From the NCBI GenBank assembly GCA_001767525.1, contig MELF01000046.1:22811-86810 (forward strand): a stretch of DNA of 64,000 bases, written 5' to 3'. The notes below the pieces were generated by a model. That model was given only the letters and a program-made list of their open reading frames with translations, did not search any database and was not told the origin of the DNA. The position numbers and the translations under genes were made by a program. This DNA is from Acidobacteria bacterium RIFCSPLOWO2_12_FULL_68_19 (lineage in GTDB: Bacteria; Acidobacteriota; Vicinamibacteria; Vicinamibacterales; UBA2999). This document shows, in pieces, positions 18,416 through 29,568 of the stretch; position 1 is the stretch's first letter, and each line of letters starts with the position of its first letter.

Positions 18416-19355
18416 GCGCCACGTCCTCGGTTGTCAGGTGCAGGAAGACTTCCTCGAGGCTCATTCTGAGCGGCCGGAGCTCGAGCAGTCCCCACCCGCG
18501 CGACACGACGGCCGAGGCGAGCTCGCGCCGCACGTCGCACCCCGTTTCGCTGTTCACCTCGTAGCTGGCGACGTTGCCGCGGGTGTCGGCGATCCCCACG
18601 TCGGTGACGCCCGGCACCGCCTGCAGCGCCGCCCTGACCTCCCCGATGACCGGGGCGTCCACCTGTACGTGCATCGTCTCCGAGCCGCGCAGGCGTGACG
18701 TCAGGTTCTCCGGCGTGTCGACCGCGACGACCCGCCCCTTGTTGATGATGACGACGCGCTGGCAGGTCTGGCTGACTTCGGGAAGGATGTGGGTGCTCAG
18801 GATGACCGTGTGATCGCCGCCGAGCTGCTTGACGAGCTGCCTCGTCTCGATGATCTGCTTCGGGTCGAGGCCGGCGGTCGGTTCGTCGAGGATCAGCACC
18901 TCGGGGTTGTGCAGCAGCGCCTGGGCGAGACCGACGCGCTGCCGGTACCCTTTTGACAGCTTGCCGCAGTGCCGGCCGGCGACGTCGGCGATGCGCGTTC
19001 GCTCCATCACCTCCCCGACTCGCGCCTTCCGCTCGCTGCGGGCGACGCCCTTGATCCGGGAGACGAACAGCAGGTAGTCGCGGACCGTCATCTCGGGGTA
19101 GAGCGGGGGAGTTTCCGGCAGGTACCCGGTGCGCCGCTTCGCCTCGATCGGCTGGTCGAAGACGTCGTAGCCGGCCACGATCGCCCGTCCCTCGGTCGGC
19201 GGCATGTAGCCCGTCAGCACGCGCATCGTGGTGGTCTTGCCGGCGCCGTTCGGCCCGAGAAAGCCGAGAATCTCGCCTTTTTCCACCCGGAAGCTGACGT
19301 CGTCGACGGCAGTGGTCGGGCCGTAGCGCTTGGTGAGGTGCTGCACCTCGATCAC
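18408..19355 (-). CDS. GldA-like ABC ATP-binding protein
   Basis: GPNGAGKTT, LSKGYRQR, ILDEPT, STH. Confidence 0.92.
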   Translation of the reverse strand: MIEVQHLTKRYGPTTAVDDVSFRVEKGEILGFLGPNGAGKTTTMRVLTGYMPPTEGRAIVAGYDVFDQPIEAKRRTGYLPETPPLYPEMTVRDYLLFVSRIKGVARSERKARVGEVMERTRIADVAGRHCGKLSKGYRQRVGLAQALLHNPEVLILDEPTAGLDPKQIIETRQLVKQLGGDHTVILSTHILPEVSQTCQRVVIINKGRVVAVDTPENLTSRLRGSETMHVQVDAPVIGEVRAALQAVPGVTDVGIADTRGNVASYEVNSETGCDVRRELASAVVSRGWGLLELRPLRMSLEEVFLHLTTEDVAHE

Positions 19356-19371
19356 GTGTCTGTTCCTCCTC

Positions 19372-19416
19372 GCCTCTCGACGGACGCTCGGGGTGCCCCG
19401 GGCGGCGCCGAAGGGC
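19372..19416. repeat. 45-nt REP-like palindrome (CCYTCGA...CGAAGGG family)
   Basis: gcctctcgacggacgctcggggtgccccgggcggcgccgaagggc; same layout as the 23706 and 39864 copies. Confidence 0.65.
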
Positions 19417-19579
19417 GTAACCTGTAGACCTGAAGTGGTTTACGCTGGTCGTCCAGCCCGTCATCCTAGCCCATCGGCACCCGTAGGGGCAACCGCCCGG
19501 CCCAGCCTGGCCGGGAGCCGTCGAATTTCGACGTTCGATTGCCCCCGCTGGCCGGGGTCGGTACTCTGAGGGCAGCAGC

Positions 19580-21736
<2,157 letters not shown>

Positions 21737-21765
21737 CCCGGTGGCGCCGCCGGTCGCCGGTGGCG

Positions 21766-22491
21766 TTACGCCTTGCGATTGCTGAAGAAATGCGCCCGAA
21801 CGAATTCGTCGATGGCGGATTGATCGACCAGTTCGATGCGTGTGAACTGCAGCCCCATGCCCACGCGGCGCTCGGCCCACGCCACCCGCGCCTCCGCGTC
21901 GATATCCCGTGTCGTGCCGGGCAGCCGGAAGCGCACCTTGACCACGGTGCCGGGATCGAGCGGGCTCGTGGTGCGGACGGCGAGGCCGCCGCGGCTGACG
22001 TTCAGCGTCACCGCCGCCGCAATCGTATTGCCGAGGCGGTAGGCGACCGAGATCCCGAGGACCGCCCGCGGGCTCGACCGCCGGTTGTACTGGTTCGGGA
22101 AGAGGTGCGGCGCGAGCGCCGGGACGATGTGCTGCACGGCGCTGTACTCGTTGACGTAGCCGGCGACGCCGAGGCGCGACAGTTCGCGCACTTCGTCGGC
22201 GTTGGCAATCGTGCCGCTGAAGACGACGATCGGGGCGTCGAATCCGTCGATCCCGCGAAGCGCGCACACCAGCGCGACGCCCTCCGCCGGCGGGAGCCGC
22301 AGGTCCAGCACGACCAGATCGACTCCGCGGCTGTCGCGGCCGACGAGCGCGAGCAGCTCCGAGGCGTTGGCCACCGCGCTCGCGCGATGCCCCGCCGCGT
22401 CGAGCGCCGTCTTGAACCGATCGCGGACAAACGCCGTGTCGTCGGCGATGATCACCGTCCTGGCGGCGGTTGCCTCCGCCGGCGCTGGCAT
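21766..22491 (-). CDS. Response regulator receiver domain fused to a PilZ domain
   Basis: IIADD..LVVLDLRLP REC domain; RRSSPR and NVSRGG c-di-GMP motifs, MGLQF; start could be 22530. Confidence 0.82.
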   Translation of the reverse strand: MPAPAEATAARTVIIADDTAFVRDRFKTALDAAGHRASAVANASELLALVGRDSRGVDLVVLDLRLPPAEGVALVCALRGIDGFDAPIVVFSGTIANADEVRELSRLGVAGYVNEYSAVQHIVPALAPHLFPNQYNRRSSPRAVLGISVAYRLGNTIAAAVTLNVSRGGLAVRTTSPLDPGTVVKVRFRLPGTTRDIDAEARVAWAERRVGMGLQFTRIELVDQSAIDEFVRAHFFSNRKA

Positions 22492-22546
22492 GTCCCATGT
22501 ATCGGAGAACGGCCGTCGGTTCCTTAGCACACGTTGCGAAATTACT

Positions 22547-22603
22547 GCAGGGCGGGTCCTCGTGGATCCGCCTCCCAGCCGGGTCCGAAAGGACCCGGCC
22601 TAC
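22547..22603. repeat. GTAG-type REP doublet (inverted pair)
   Basis: gcagggcgggtcctcgtggatccgcc and gccgggtccgaaaggacccggcctac. Confidence 0.7.
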
Positions 22604-22661
22604 GTGCTACGTGCCCGTCGGTCGTGAGTCAATTCGACCCACGACCGTTCTTGAGACTGCG

Positions 22662-22691
22662 TTGCGGAGGCTGCGCCGATCTCGCTATAAT
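22662..22691 (+). promoter_or_regulatory. Putative sigma70 promoter for the zinc-ribbon/larE operon
   Basis: TTGCGG-N18-TATAAT. Confidence 0.45.
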
Positions 22692-22783
22692 CCGACCTTA
22701 GGCGGGAAGTGCTGGATTTACTTGAGGATGCGTCCGTTCCGCCAACGCTTGCAGCTCGGCCGATCCGCTGCCGTGGAGCCAGT

Positions 22784-23032
22784 ATGGCGACCTGCCCGGA
22801 ATGTGAATTCGACGAGATCGATACGACCAACCGCGAGGAAGGCGATGAACTGAGCTGCCCCGAATGCGGTAAGAACCTCATACTTGCCGGTCCCGACGAC
22901 CTCGAAGTCGCCGACGACGACGAAGACGATCTCGACGACGACGACGAAGACGAGGATGAGGGCGAGGATCTCGAAGAAGACGAGGGCCTCTTCGACGACG
23001 AGGACGATTTCGAGGAAGAAGAGGAAGAGTGA
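22784..23032 (+). CDS. LysW-like zinc-ribbon protein with poly-acidic tail
   Basis: CPEC..EEGDELSCPECG, followed by about 40 residues that are mostly D/E; GGAG RBS. Confidence 0.75.
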   Translation: MATCPECEFDEIDTTNREEGDELSCPECGKNLILAGPDDLEVADDDEDDLDDDDEDEDEGEDLEEDEGLFDDEDDFEEEEEE

Positions 23033-23967
23033 CCGTTGCGGTCTGCAAGGTTCCTGAGGACGTACTGACCTCCCGCGAGAGGCGGCTGCGCGAAATCGTC
23101 GGTTCCTACGGGTCGGTTGTCGTGGCGTTCAGCGGCGGCGTCGACAGCGCCTATCTGGCATGGGCGGCGACGCAGGCGCTCGGATCCGCGGCGCTCTGCG
23201 TGACCGCCGACAGTCCCAGCTACCCCGATCACCACCGGCAGCTTGCGTTCGCCCTGGCGCGCGAGTTCGGCCTCCATCACGAGGTCATCCGTACCGCCGA
23301 GATCGAGCGTCCGGAGTACCGGGCGAATCCAGTCAACCGCTGCTACTACTGCAAGCAGGCGCTCTTCGCCGAGTTGACCCGGCTGGCCGCTGCGCGCGGT
23401 TTCGCGGTCGTCGCCGACGGCAACAACGCCGACGACAGGGGCGATTACCGCCCCGGACGCAGCGCGGCGCACGAGTTCGGCGTTCGCAGTCCGCTCGACG
23501 ACGCGGGCCTCACGAAGGCCGATATCCGAGAGCTGTCGCGCCGGGCGGGGCTGCCCACGTGGGACGAACCGGCCTCCGCATGTCTCTCGTCCCGCATTCC
23601 GTACAACTCCGAGGTCACCCCCGAGAAGCTGCGCATGATTGAGTGCGCCGAGACGGTGCTCCGCGATCTCGGTTTTCGCGTGTGCCGCGTGCGGCATCAC
23701 GAGATGCCCTTCGACGATCGCTCGCCCCTCGACGGTGCGCTGGGCGACCCTGAGCGCGCCGAAGGGTCAGGGCGCCCCGAGCGCGGTCGAGGGGCGCTCG
23801 CGCGGATCGAGATCGGCGGCGACGAGCTGGCGCGGGCCCTCGAGCCACAGGTCCGCGGGCGGATTGTCGAGGCGCTCCGGGCCATCGGGTACCGGCACGT
23901 CACGATCGATCTTCAGGGGTATAGGATGGGCAGCCTGAATGAAGGTGTCCGCCTCCGCCCGGCCTGA
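23029..23967 (+). CDS. larE: ATP-dependent sulfur transferase LarE (PP-loop) with 30-aa repeat-derived insertion
   Basis: AFSGGVDS, NRCYYCK, DGNNADD..RPG, SPL, ACLSSRIPY, RVRHH..ARIE, DLQGYRMGSLN. Confidence 0.9.
   Translation: MTVAVCKVPEDVLTSRERRLREIVGSYGSVVVAFSGGVDSAYLAWAATQALGSAALCVTADSPSYPDHHRQLAFALAREFGLHHEVIRTAEIERPEYRANPVNRCYYCKQALFAELTRLAAARGFAVVADGNNADDRGDYRPGRSAAHEFGVRSPLDDAGLTKADIRELSRRAGLPTWDEPASACLSSRIPYNSEVTPEKLRMIECAETVLRDLGFRVCRVRHHEMPFDDRSPLDGALGDPERAEGSGRPERGRGALARIEIGGDELARALEPQVRGRIVEALRAIGYRHVTIDLQGYRMGSLNEGVRLRPA
23706..23795. repeat. Two nested 45-nt REP-like palindromes inserted in frame in larE
   Basis: Outer gcccttcgacgatcgctc|agggcgccccgagcgcggtcgaggggc, inner 23724-23768; removing 90 nt restores RVRHHEMLARIE. 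Confidence 0.8.
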
Positions 23968-24044
23968 TCACGGGCCACAGAGGCACAGAAGCACAGAGTA
24001 TTCAAGATTCCTCCTCCGTGCCTCTGTGTCCCTGTGGCCCGTGA
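23968..24044. repeat. CACAGAG-family palindrome
   Basis: Perfect 13-bp terminal inverted repeat tcacgggccacag / ctgtggcccgtga; internal cacagag/ctctgtg units. Confidence 0.8.
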
Positions 24045-26278
24045 ACGTCATAGCCGCGGCGTATCTGGCGGCGCACCTGCCGTTTCTCGCTCCCTCCCTC
24101 GAAGACTACGATTCGATCAACTTCGCGCTCGGATTGCGCGATTTCGACCCGGCGCGTCACCAGCCGCACCCCCCCGGATCGCCCGTCTATATCGCGCTCG
24201 GCCGGCTGCTGCTGGCGCCGATCGCGGCCGTCTGGCCGTCGGCCCGCTCCGGGGCGGCCGAAGCGCTGACGCTGGCGCTCTGGTCGGCCGTCGCCGGCGC
24301 CGTGGCCATCATTGCGGTCGCCCGCGTGTTCGCCGCCGTGAACGATGAACCCCGAACCTCCGGGTCCCGGACCCCGGATCCCGGATCCCGGGCCACGTGG
24401 GCGGCCGCGCTGCTTGCGGCCGGTCCGCTCTTCTGGATGTCCGGGCTGCGCCCGATGAGCGACCTGCCGGGACTCGCGGCGGCGCTCGTCGCCCAGGCGG
24501 TCATCCTGGGAGGACGCTCCGACCCTCGGCGGCTTGCCCTGGGTGCCGCCGTGGCCGGAATGGCGGCGGGCATTCGCGTCCAGACGATCCTGCTGACGGC
24601 GCCGCTGCTCGCGCTCGCGTTGTGGCAGGCGCGGCGCTTCTGGCGGCCGGTCGGCGCCCTTGCCGCCGCCACCCTCGCCTGGGCCGTACCGCTCGTCGTC
24701 TCTAGCGGCGGCCTCGACGGCTACCTCCGCGCGCTCGGCTCGCAGGCGGGCGAGGATTTCGCCTGGGTGAACATGCTGTGGCTGGAGCCGACACCCCGCC
24801 GGCTGGCGTTCGCGCTGTATGAAACGTTCGTGCTGCCGTGGGGTTCCACGACGCTCGCGGCGGTGGTGGCGGTGGCCGCCGCTCTCGGCGGCGTGCTGAC
24901 GCTGGCGCGCGAACGGTCGTCGCTGGTGCTGCTGCTCGTCGCCTTCGCGCCCTACGCCGCCTTTCATCTGCTGCTTCAGGAGACGATCACGGTTCGGTAC
25001 GCGATTCCGACGCTCCCCGTGGTCGTCTGGCTGGCGATTCGCGGTGCAGGCGCGTTCGGCCGGTTCATGCCGGCGGCGGCGCTGCCGCTCGTCATCGGTG
25101 CACTCGTTGTGGTCGTGCCGGCAGGCGTGGCGTACGGTCGCGAGCCGCACCCGGCGTTTCGTGCCATCGCGGACGCGTCGAAGGCGATCGGGAGCGCTCC
25201 TCCCGGCGCCGTATTCGCGCACCATAGCGTGTGGCGGGCGCTTCAGGTGGGGAGCGCGCTGCCGCCCGTGGCCGAGCCGCCGCGGTTGTACGAATGGCTC
25301 GGGCCGGTCGGCTACTGGAAGAACGGCGGCACCGCTCCGGTCTGGTTCTTTGCCGACCCGAGGCGAACCGACCTCGCGCTCATCGATCCGCAGGCGCGGC
25401 TCGACGTCGATCGCTACCGCTGGGCTGTCGCCGACCGGCCGGAATTCGGCGGCTCACGCCCGGTTGGGGCGGACTGGTACCGCATCGCCGATCCCGGCTG
25501 GTTTGCCGGCGAAGGATGGGCGCTCACGCCCGAAACTGGCGGGCTCGCGCGCGCGCGCGGCGCCGGTCCGGACTTTCGACCCACCGAAGCGTGGGTGCGC
25601 CGACGGCCGGGACCGCTGCACCTTGTCGTCGGGGGGCGTCACCTGGGAGATGCCGGCGACCCGGCCGCGGAGTTCGAACTCGTCGTTGACGGCGTGGTAC
25701 GGGACCGGTGGAGGCTCTCGTTCGAGGAGCGGAATTTTCTGCGGTTCCTCGATCTGCCCGACGGCATTGCCGAGGGCGAGGGGCGCTATGCGCGCCTGAC
25801 GATTGCCTCGCGCGCGGTCGGCGGCGACAGCCGCCGTGCGCCCGTGGGCGTGCGGCAGTTCGATATTCAGTCCGTAAACCGCCTGTTGCACGCTTTTGCG
25901 GAGGGGTGGCACGAAGACGAGTACGACCCGGCCACCGGCCGGCGCTGGCGCTGGACGAGCGAGCGGGCGGTTGTCAGGGTGAAGGGCGCCTCAGGCGGCA
26001 TCCGGCTGATCGTGCGCGGCGAATCGCCGCTCCGCTACTTCGATGGGCCGCCGACCGTTCGGGTGACGGCGGGAGGGCGTGTCGTGGCCCAGTTCCAGCC
26101 GGCCGCCGATTTCGAATGGGCCGTTGTCGTCCCGGCCGCGGACGTGGCGCGCGCCGGCGGGGCGCTGGCAATCGAGACCGACCGCGTCTACCTGCCCGGC
26201 CAGGCCGAGGGCACGAGCGACGAGCGGCGCCTCGGGCTGCGCGTGTACGAGTGTCGCGTGTATCCGCTGTTGCCTTGA
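24041..26278 (+). CDS. Polytopic membrane protein, GT-C glycosyltransferase-like (DUF2723/PMT-like) with C-terminal beta domains
   Basis: LEDYDSINF..QPHPPGSP.Y motif, about 10 TM segments, WRWT in C-terminal domain. Confidence 0.62.
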   Translation: MNVIAAAYLAAHLPFLAPSLEDYDSINFALGLRDFDPARHQPHPPGSPVYIALGRLLLAPIAAVWPSARSGAAEALTLALWSAVAGAVAIIAVARVFAAVNDEPRTSGSRTPDPGSRATWAAALLAAGPLFWMSGLRPMSDLPGLAAALVAQAVILGGRSDPRRLALGAAVAGMAAGIRVQTILLTAPLLALALWQARRFWRPVGALAAATLAWAVPLVVSSGGLDGYLRALGSQAGEDFAWVNMLWLEPTPRRLAFALYETFVLPWGSTTLAAVVAVAAALGGVLTLARERSSLVLLLVAFAPYAAFHLLLQETITVRYAIPTLPVVVWLAIRGAGAFGRFMPAAALPLVIGALVVVVPAGVAYGREPHPAFRAIADASKAIGSAPPGAVFAHHSVWRALQVGSALPPVAEPPRLYEWLGPVGYWKNGGTAPVWFFADPRRTDLALIDPQARLDVDRYRWAVADRPEFGGSRPVGADWYRIADPGWFAGEGWALTPETGGLARARGAGPDFRPTEAWVRRRPGPLHLVVGGRHLGDAGDPAAEFELVVDGVVRDRWRLSFEERNFLRFLDLPDGIAEGEGRYARLTIASRAVGGDSRRAPVGVRQFDIQSVNRLLHAFAEGWHEDEYDPATGRRWRWTSERAVVRVKGASGGIRLIVRGESPLRYFDGPPTVRVTAGGRVVAQFQPAADFEWAVVVPAADVARAGGALAIETDRVYLPGQAEGTSDERRLGLRVYECRVYPLLP

Positions 26279-26308
26279 TTGACACGCCCCTGACGGCGGA
26301 CGTAAGCT
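26279..26308 (+). promoter_or_regulatory. Putative sigma70 promoter of pal
   Basis: TTGACA-N18-TAAGCT. Confidence 0.45.
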
Positions 26309-26351
26309 CGTGCGCACGAGAAACGAAAGGCAAACGCAGGAGAATCCGCTG

Positions 26352-26933
26352 ATGACGCTGCGCCGTTCGTTGCTGCTGTCCATTGTTACGCTGCTGGTCG
26401 TAGTCGTGCTCGCGAGCTGCTCGCGGCGCACTCCGCCGCCTGCGCCGCCTCCGCCTGCGCCGCCGCCGCCGGCCGCGACGCCGCCGCCCCCGCCCCCGCC
26501 CCCGCCCCCGCCGCCGCCGCCCGCGCCGCCGGCACCGAAGCCGCTGACCGAGGACGAGATCTTCGCGCGGAAGACGCTGGCCGAGTTGAACGCGGAACGG
26601 CCGCTCGGCGACGCGTTCTTCGATTTCGATATGTCGGTGATTCGGCCGGACGCGCAGGCGACGCTCGAACGGAACGCGGCATTTCTGCGCCGGTGGCCCT
26701 CGACGCGCGTGACGATCGAAGGGCACGCGGATTCGCGCGGGACCAACGAGTACAACCTCGGCCTCGGCGACCGGCGTGCCAACGCCGTGAAGGACTATCT
26801 GGTCAACCTGGGGATCGGCGGCGACAGAATGCTGGCGGTGACGCGGGGTGAGGAGAGCCCGCAGTGCACCGAGGAAAACGAAGACTGCTGGCAGCGAAAC
26901 CGCCGGGGGACATTCGTCTTTACGGCCAAGTAG
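26352..26933 (+). CDS. pal: Peptidoglycan-associated lipoprotein (OmpA-like domain)
   Basis: Lipobox LASC, polyproline linker, FFDFD, IEGHADSRGTNEYNLGLGDRRA, NRR. Confidence 0.88.
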   Translation: MTLRRSLLLSIVTLLVVVVLASCSRRTPPPAPPPPAPPPPAATPPPPPPPPPPPPPPAPPAPKPLTEDEIFARKTLAELNAERPLGDAFFDFDMSVIRPDAQATLERNAAFLRRWPSTRVTIEGHADSRGTNEYNLGLGDRRANAVKDYLVNLGIGGDRMLAVTRGEESPQCTEENEDCWQRNRRGTFVFTAK

Positions 26934-27041
26934 CCGGGACCCCGGGAGCCGGGATTCGGAGACGTTCGCGGGCGGGTCGTTCGACCCGCCCGCTTTCTAT
27001 CTTGCCTCGAGCTGCCGCAGCCCGGTCTGCGCCTGTTCGAG

Positions 27042-27749
27042 TCAGCGCAATTCTTCCACAATCGCCCGTGCCGCCGCCCGCGGGTCGGGCGCGGCGATGA
27101 TCGGTCGTCCGACGACAATGTAGCTGGCCCCGGCCCGGATCGCCTCGGCGGGCCCCATCGTCCTGACTTGATCGTTTCTGGCGCCGCCGGCCGCCGTGCC
27201 GCGAATGCCCGGCGTCACAATCGCGAAATCCGGGCCGCAGGCCTGTCGGATGGACGAGGTCTCGTGCGGCGACGCGACCACACCGTGGAGGCCGGCGTCC
27301 TTCGCCGTCCGGGCGAGCGTCACGACCTGCTCGAGGAGCGGCCGCTCGACGCCGGTCTCCCGCAGCGCCGCCTCATCCATGCTGGTGAGGACGGTGATGC
27401 CAACCAGGAGGGGCGCCGGGCGTCCCAGCCGCGCCGCCGTCTCGCGCCCCGCGCGAGCGGCGGCCTGCATCATGGCGGCGCCGCCCGAGGCGTGTACGTC
27501 GATCATCCACGCGCCGGTCTGCACCGCGGCCTCGACCGCCTGCGCCACCGTGTTCGGGATGTCATGGAACTTGAGGTCGAGGAAGACGCGCGCGCCCCGA
27601 TCGACGAGCGCGCCGACGAGCGCCGGCCCTTCCAGCGTGAACAGGCGGCTGCCGACCTTGAAGCCGCCGGCGAGGTCTTCGAGCGCGTCGGCCAGTTCGA
27701 GCGCACGCCGGCCGCTCTCGACGTCGAGCGCGACTAGGAGCTGATCCAC
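27042..27749 (-). CDS. pyrF: Orotidine-5'-phosphate decarboxylase
   Basis: VALD, FKVG, DLKFHDIPNT, TVLTS, TPGIR, DQVR, VVGRPI. Confidence 0.95.
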   Translation of the reverse strand: MDQLLVALDVESGRRALELADALEDLAGGFKVGSRLFTLEGPALVGALVDRGARVFLDLKFHDIPNTVAQAVEAAVQTGAWMIDVHASGGAAMMQAAARAGRETAARLGRPAPLLVGITVLTSMDEAALRETGVERPLLEQVVTLARTAKDAGLHGVVASPHETSSIRQACGPDFAIVTPGIRGTAAGGARNDQVRTMGPAEAIRAGASYIVVGRPIIAAPDPRAAARAIVEELR

Positions 27750-28678
27750 TCTTTCTCGCGGGCCGCAGTGTCGATGGTGCCAGTCAGATCCCGCACCCGC
27801 GCGACGTCGTGGCGGCGGAGGTAGTCGCCGATGCCGTCGATCAGCTTCGTCCAGATGAACGGATCGACGAAACTCGCCGTCCCAACCTGGACGGCGTCGG
27901 CGCCGGCAATCATGAACTCGAGCGCGTCCCTCGCCGACGCGATGCCCCCCATGCCGACGATCGGGATCTTCACGCTCCTGCGGCACTGGTAGACCATCCG
28001 CACCGCGATCGGCCGGATCGCCGGTCCGCTCAGGCCGCCGACGATGTTCGAGAGCTTCGGCCGGCGGGTCTCGACGTCGATCGCCATGGCGAGGAACGTG
28101 TTCACCAGCGACACGGCGTCGGCGCCGGCCTCCGCGGCGGCGCGGGCGAACGACGCCACGTCGGTGACGTTCGGCGTCAGTTTGGGAATCACCGGCAGGG
28201 AGGTCACCTTCTTCACGGCGCTGACGACGTCGTAGGTGCCCGTCAGGCTGCAGCCGAACGTGATGCCCCCTTCCTTGATATTGGGGCAGGAGATGTTCAG
28301 CTCGAGCGCCGCGACCCCTTCGGCATCCGACAGGATGCGCGCCAGTTCCACGTATTCCTCGAGCGTGCTGCCGCAGATGTTGACAATGACCGTGGCGCGG
28401 CGCTCGCGCAGCTCCGGCAGCTTCTCGCTGATGAAGCGGTGAACGCCGATCCCCTGCAGGCCGATGGCGTTGAGCATCCCGGCGGGTGTCTCGACGATGC
28501 GCTCGGGAGGATGGCCCTCGCGCGGGGCGAGGAACAAGCCCTTCACGGCCACGCCGCCGAGCAGCGACAGGTCGACCATGCCGGCGTATTCGACGCCGTA
28601 GCCGAAGCAGCCGCTGGCGGCAATCACCGGGTTCTTCAGCGTGAGCGGCCCGATCCGGACGGAGAGATCCGGGGTCAT
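27734..28678 (-). CDS. pyrD: Dihydroorotate dehydrogenase class 1B catalytic subunit
   Basis: NPVIAASG, MLNAIGLQ, ELNISCPN, KLTPN, GGLSGPAI. Confidence 0.93.
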   Translation of the reverse strand: MTPDLSVRIGPLTLKNPVIAASGCFGYGVEYAGMVDLSLLGGVAVKGLFLAPREGHPPERIVETPAGMLNAIGLQGIGVHRFISEKLPELRERRATVIVNICGSTLEEYVELARILSDAEGVAALELNISCPNIKEGGITFGCSLTGTYDVVSAVKKVTSLPVIPKLTPNVTDVASFARAAAEAGADAVSLVNTFLAMAIDVETRRPKLSNIVGGLSGPAIRPIAVRMVYQCRRSVKIPIVGMGGIASARDALEFMIAGADAVQVGTASFVDPFIWTKLIDGIGDYLRRHDVARVRDLTGTIDTAAREKEWISS

Positions 28679-29490
28679 CAGTGGGCGTCCCAGGCGATGT
28701 CGTCGCCGGCGAACACCGGTCCGCCGAGACACGATCGCACGTAGTGGTGGCCGTTCGGGCCGTCGCGCACCGGGACCACGCAGCTGTAGCAGCCGCCGAG
28801 GCCGCACCCCATCACGCGTTCGACCGACACTTCCGACCGGCGCCGATAGCTGGCCGCCATGCGCGCCACCGCTTCGAGCATCGGCTCCGGTCCGCAGGCG
28901 TACACCATCACCTCGCGGGCGGCGGCCCGCTGCAGCGCCCGCTCGAGCGGCAGCGTCACGCGCCCGCGGTCGCCCAGGCTCCCGTCCTCGGTGGCGAGCG
29001 CCAGACGAACCCCGCGGTCGCGGAACCAGTCGAGATAGAAGAGCTCGCCCGACGTGCGCGCGCCGTAGAAGAGCGTGACGCTCGTGCCGCGCGCGCGAAG
29101 GAGCTCGGCGAGCGCGGCAAACGGCGCCAGACCCACGCCGCCGGCCACCATCCACGCCTCCACCGGCGGATCGACGGCGGTGTAGGGACGTCCGAGCGGC
29201 CCGAGGCACGAGACGACGTCGCCTTCCACCGCCTCGAACAGCATCTCGGTCGTCACGCCTACGCGCTTGCTGAGCAGTGTCAGGCCGTCGGCGCGTCCGT
29301 TGGTTCGCAGCACCTCGAACACCGAGAAGGGACGGCGCAGCAGCGGCGTGCACCCGCGGCCCGGCTTCACCATGACGAACTGGCCCGGTGCGGCGGCGGC
29401 GGCAATGTCGGGAGCGGCGAGGGCGAGCACGTTGTAGTCGGAGGAGAGGCGGGTGTTGCGGATCACCCGTGCCTCGACGTCGACGGGCAT
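28678..29490 (-). CDS. pyrK: Dihydroorotate dehydrogenase electron transfer subunit
   Basis: PGQFV, RRPFS, GGVGLAP, ACGP, MGCGLGGCYSC..C. Confidence 0.92.
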   Translation of the reverse strand: MPVDVEARVIRNTRLSSDYNVLALAAPDIAAAAAPGQFVMVKPGRGCTPLLRRPFSVFEVLRTNGRADGLTLLSKRVGVTTEMLFEAVEGDVVSCLGPLGRPYTAVDPPVEAWMVAGGVGLAPFAALAELLRARGTSVTLFYGARTSGELFYLDWFRDRGVRLALATEDGSLGDRGRVTLPLERALQRAAAREVMVYACGPEPMLEAVARMAASYRRRSEVSVERVMGCGLGGCYSCVVPVRDGPNGHHYVRSCLGGPVFAGDDIAWDAH

Positions 29491-29568
29491 TGGGGTGAGT
29501 ATACCTTCAGGCCCCGGCTTCAGGACCGAGCCCATACCCCTCGACTTCGCTCGAGGAGCCCCGATGCC

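Noticed and set aside
14742-19355. GldAFG-like genes as a gliding motility system
   Set aside because: This ABC module with DUF4340 is widespread, and no motor or T9SS genes are in the window.
22900-23030. GAC/GAA tandem run as a microsatellite
   Set aside because: Encodes the acidic tail of the zinc-ribbon protein.
26430-26540. C-rich CCG/CCC tract as a special DNA element
   Set aside because: Explained by the polyproline linker of Pal.
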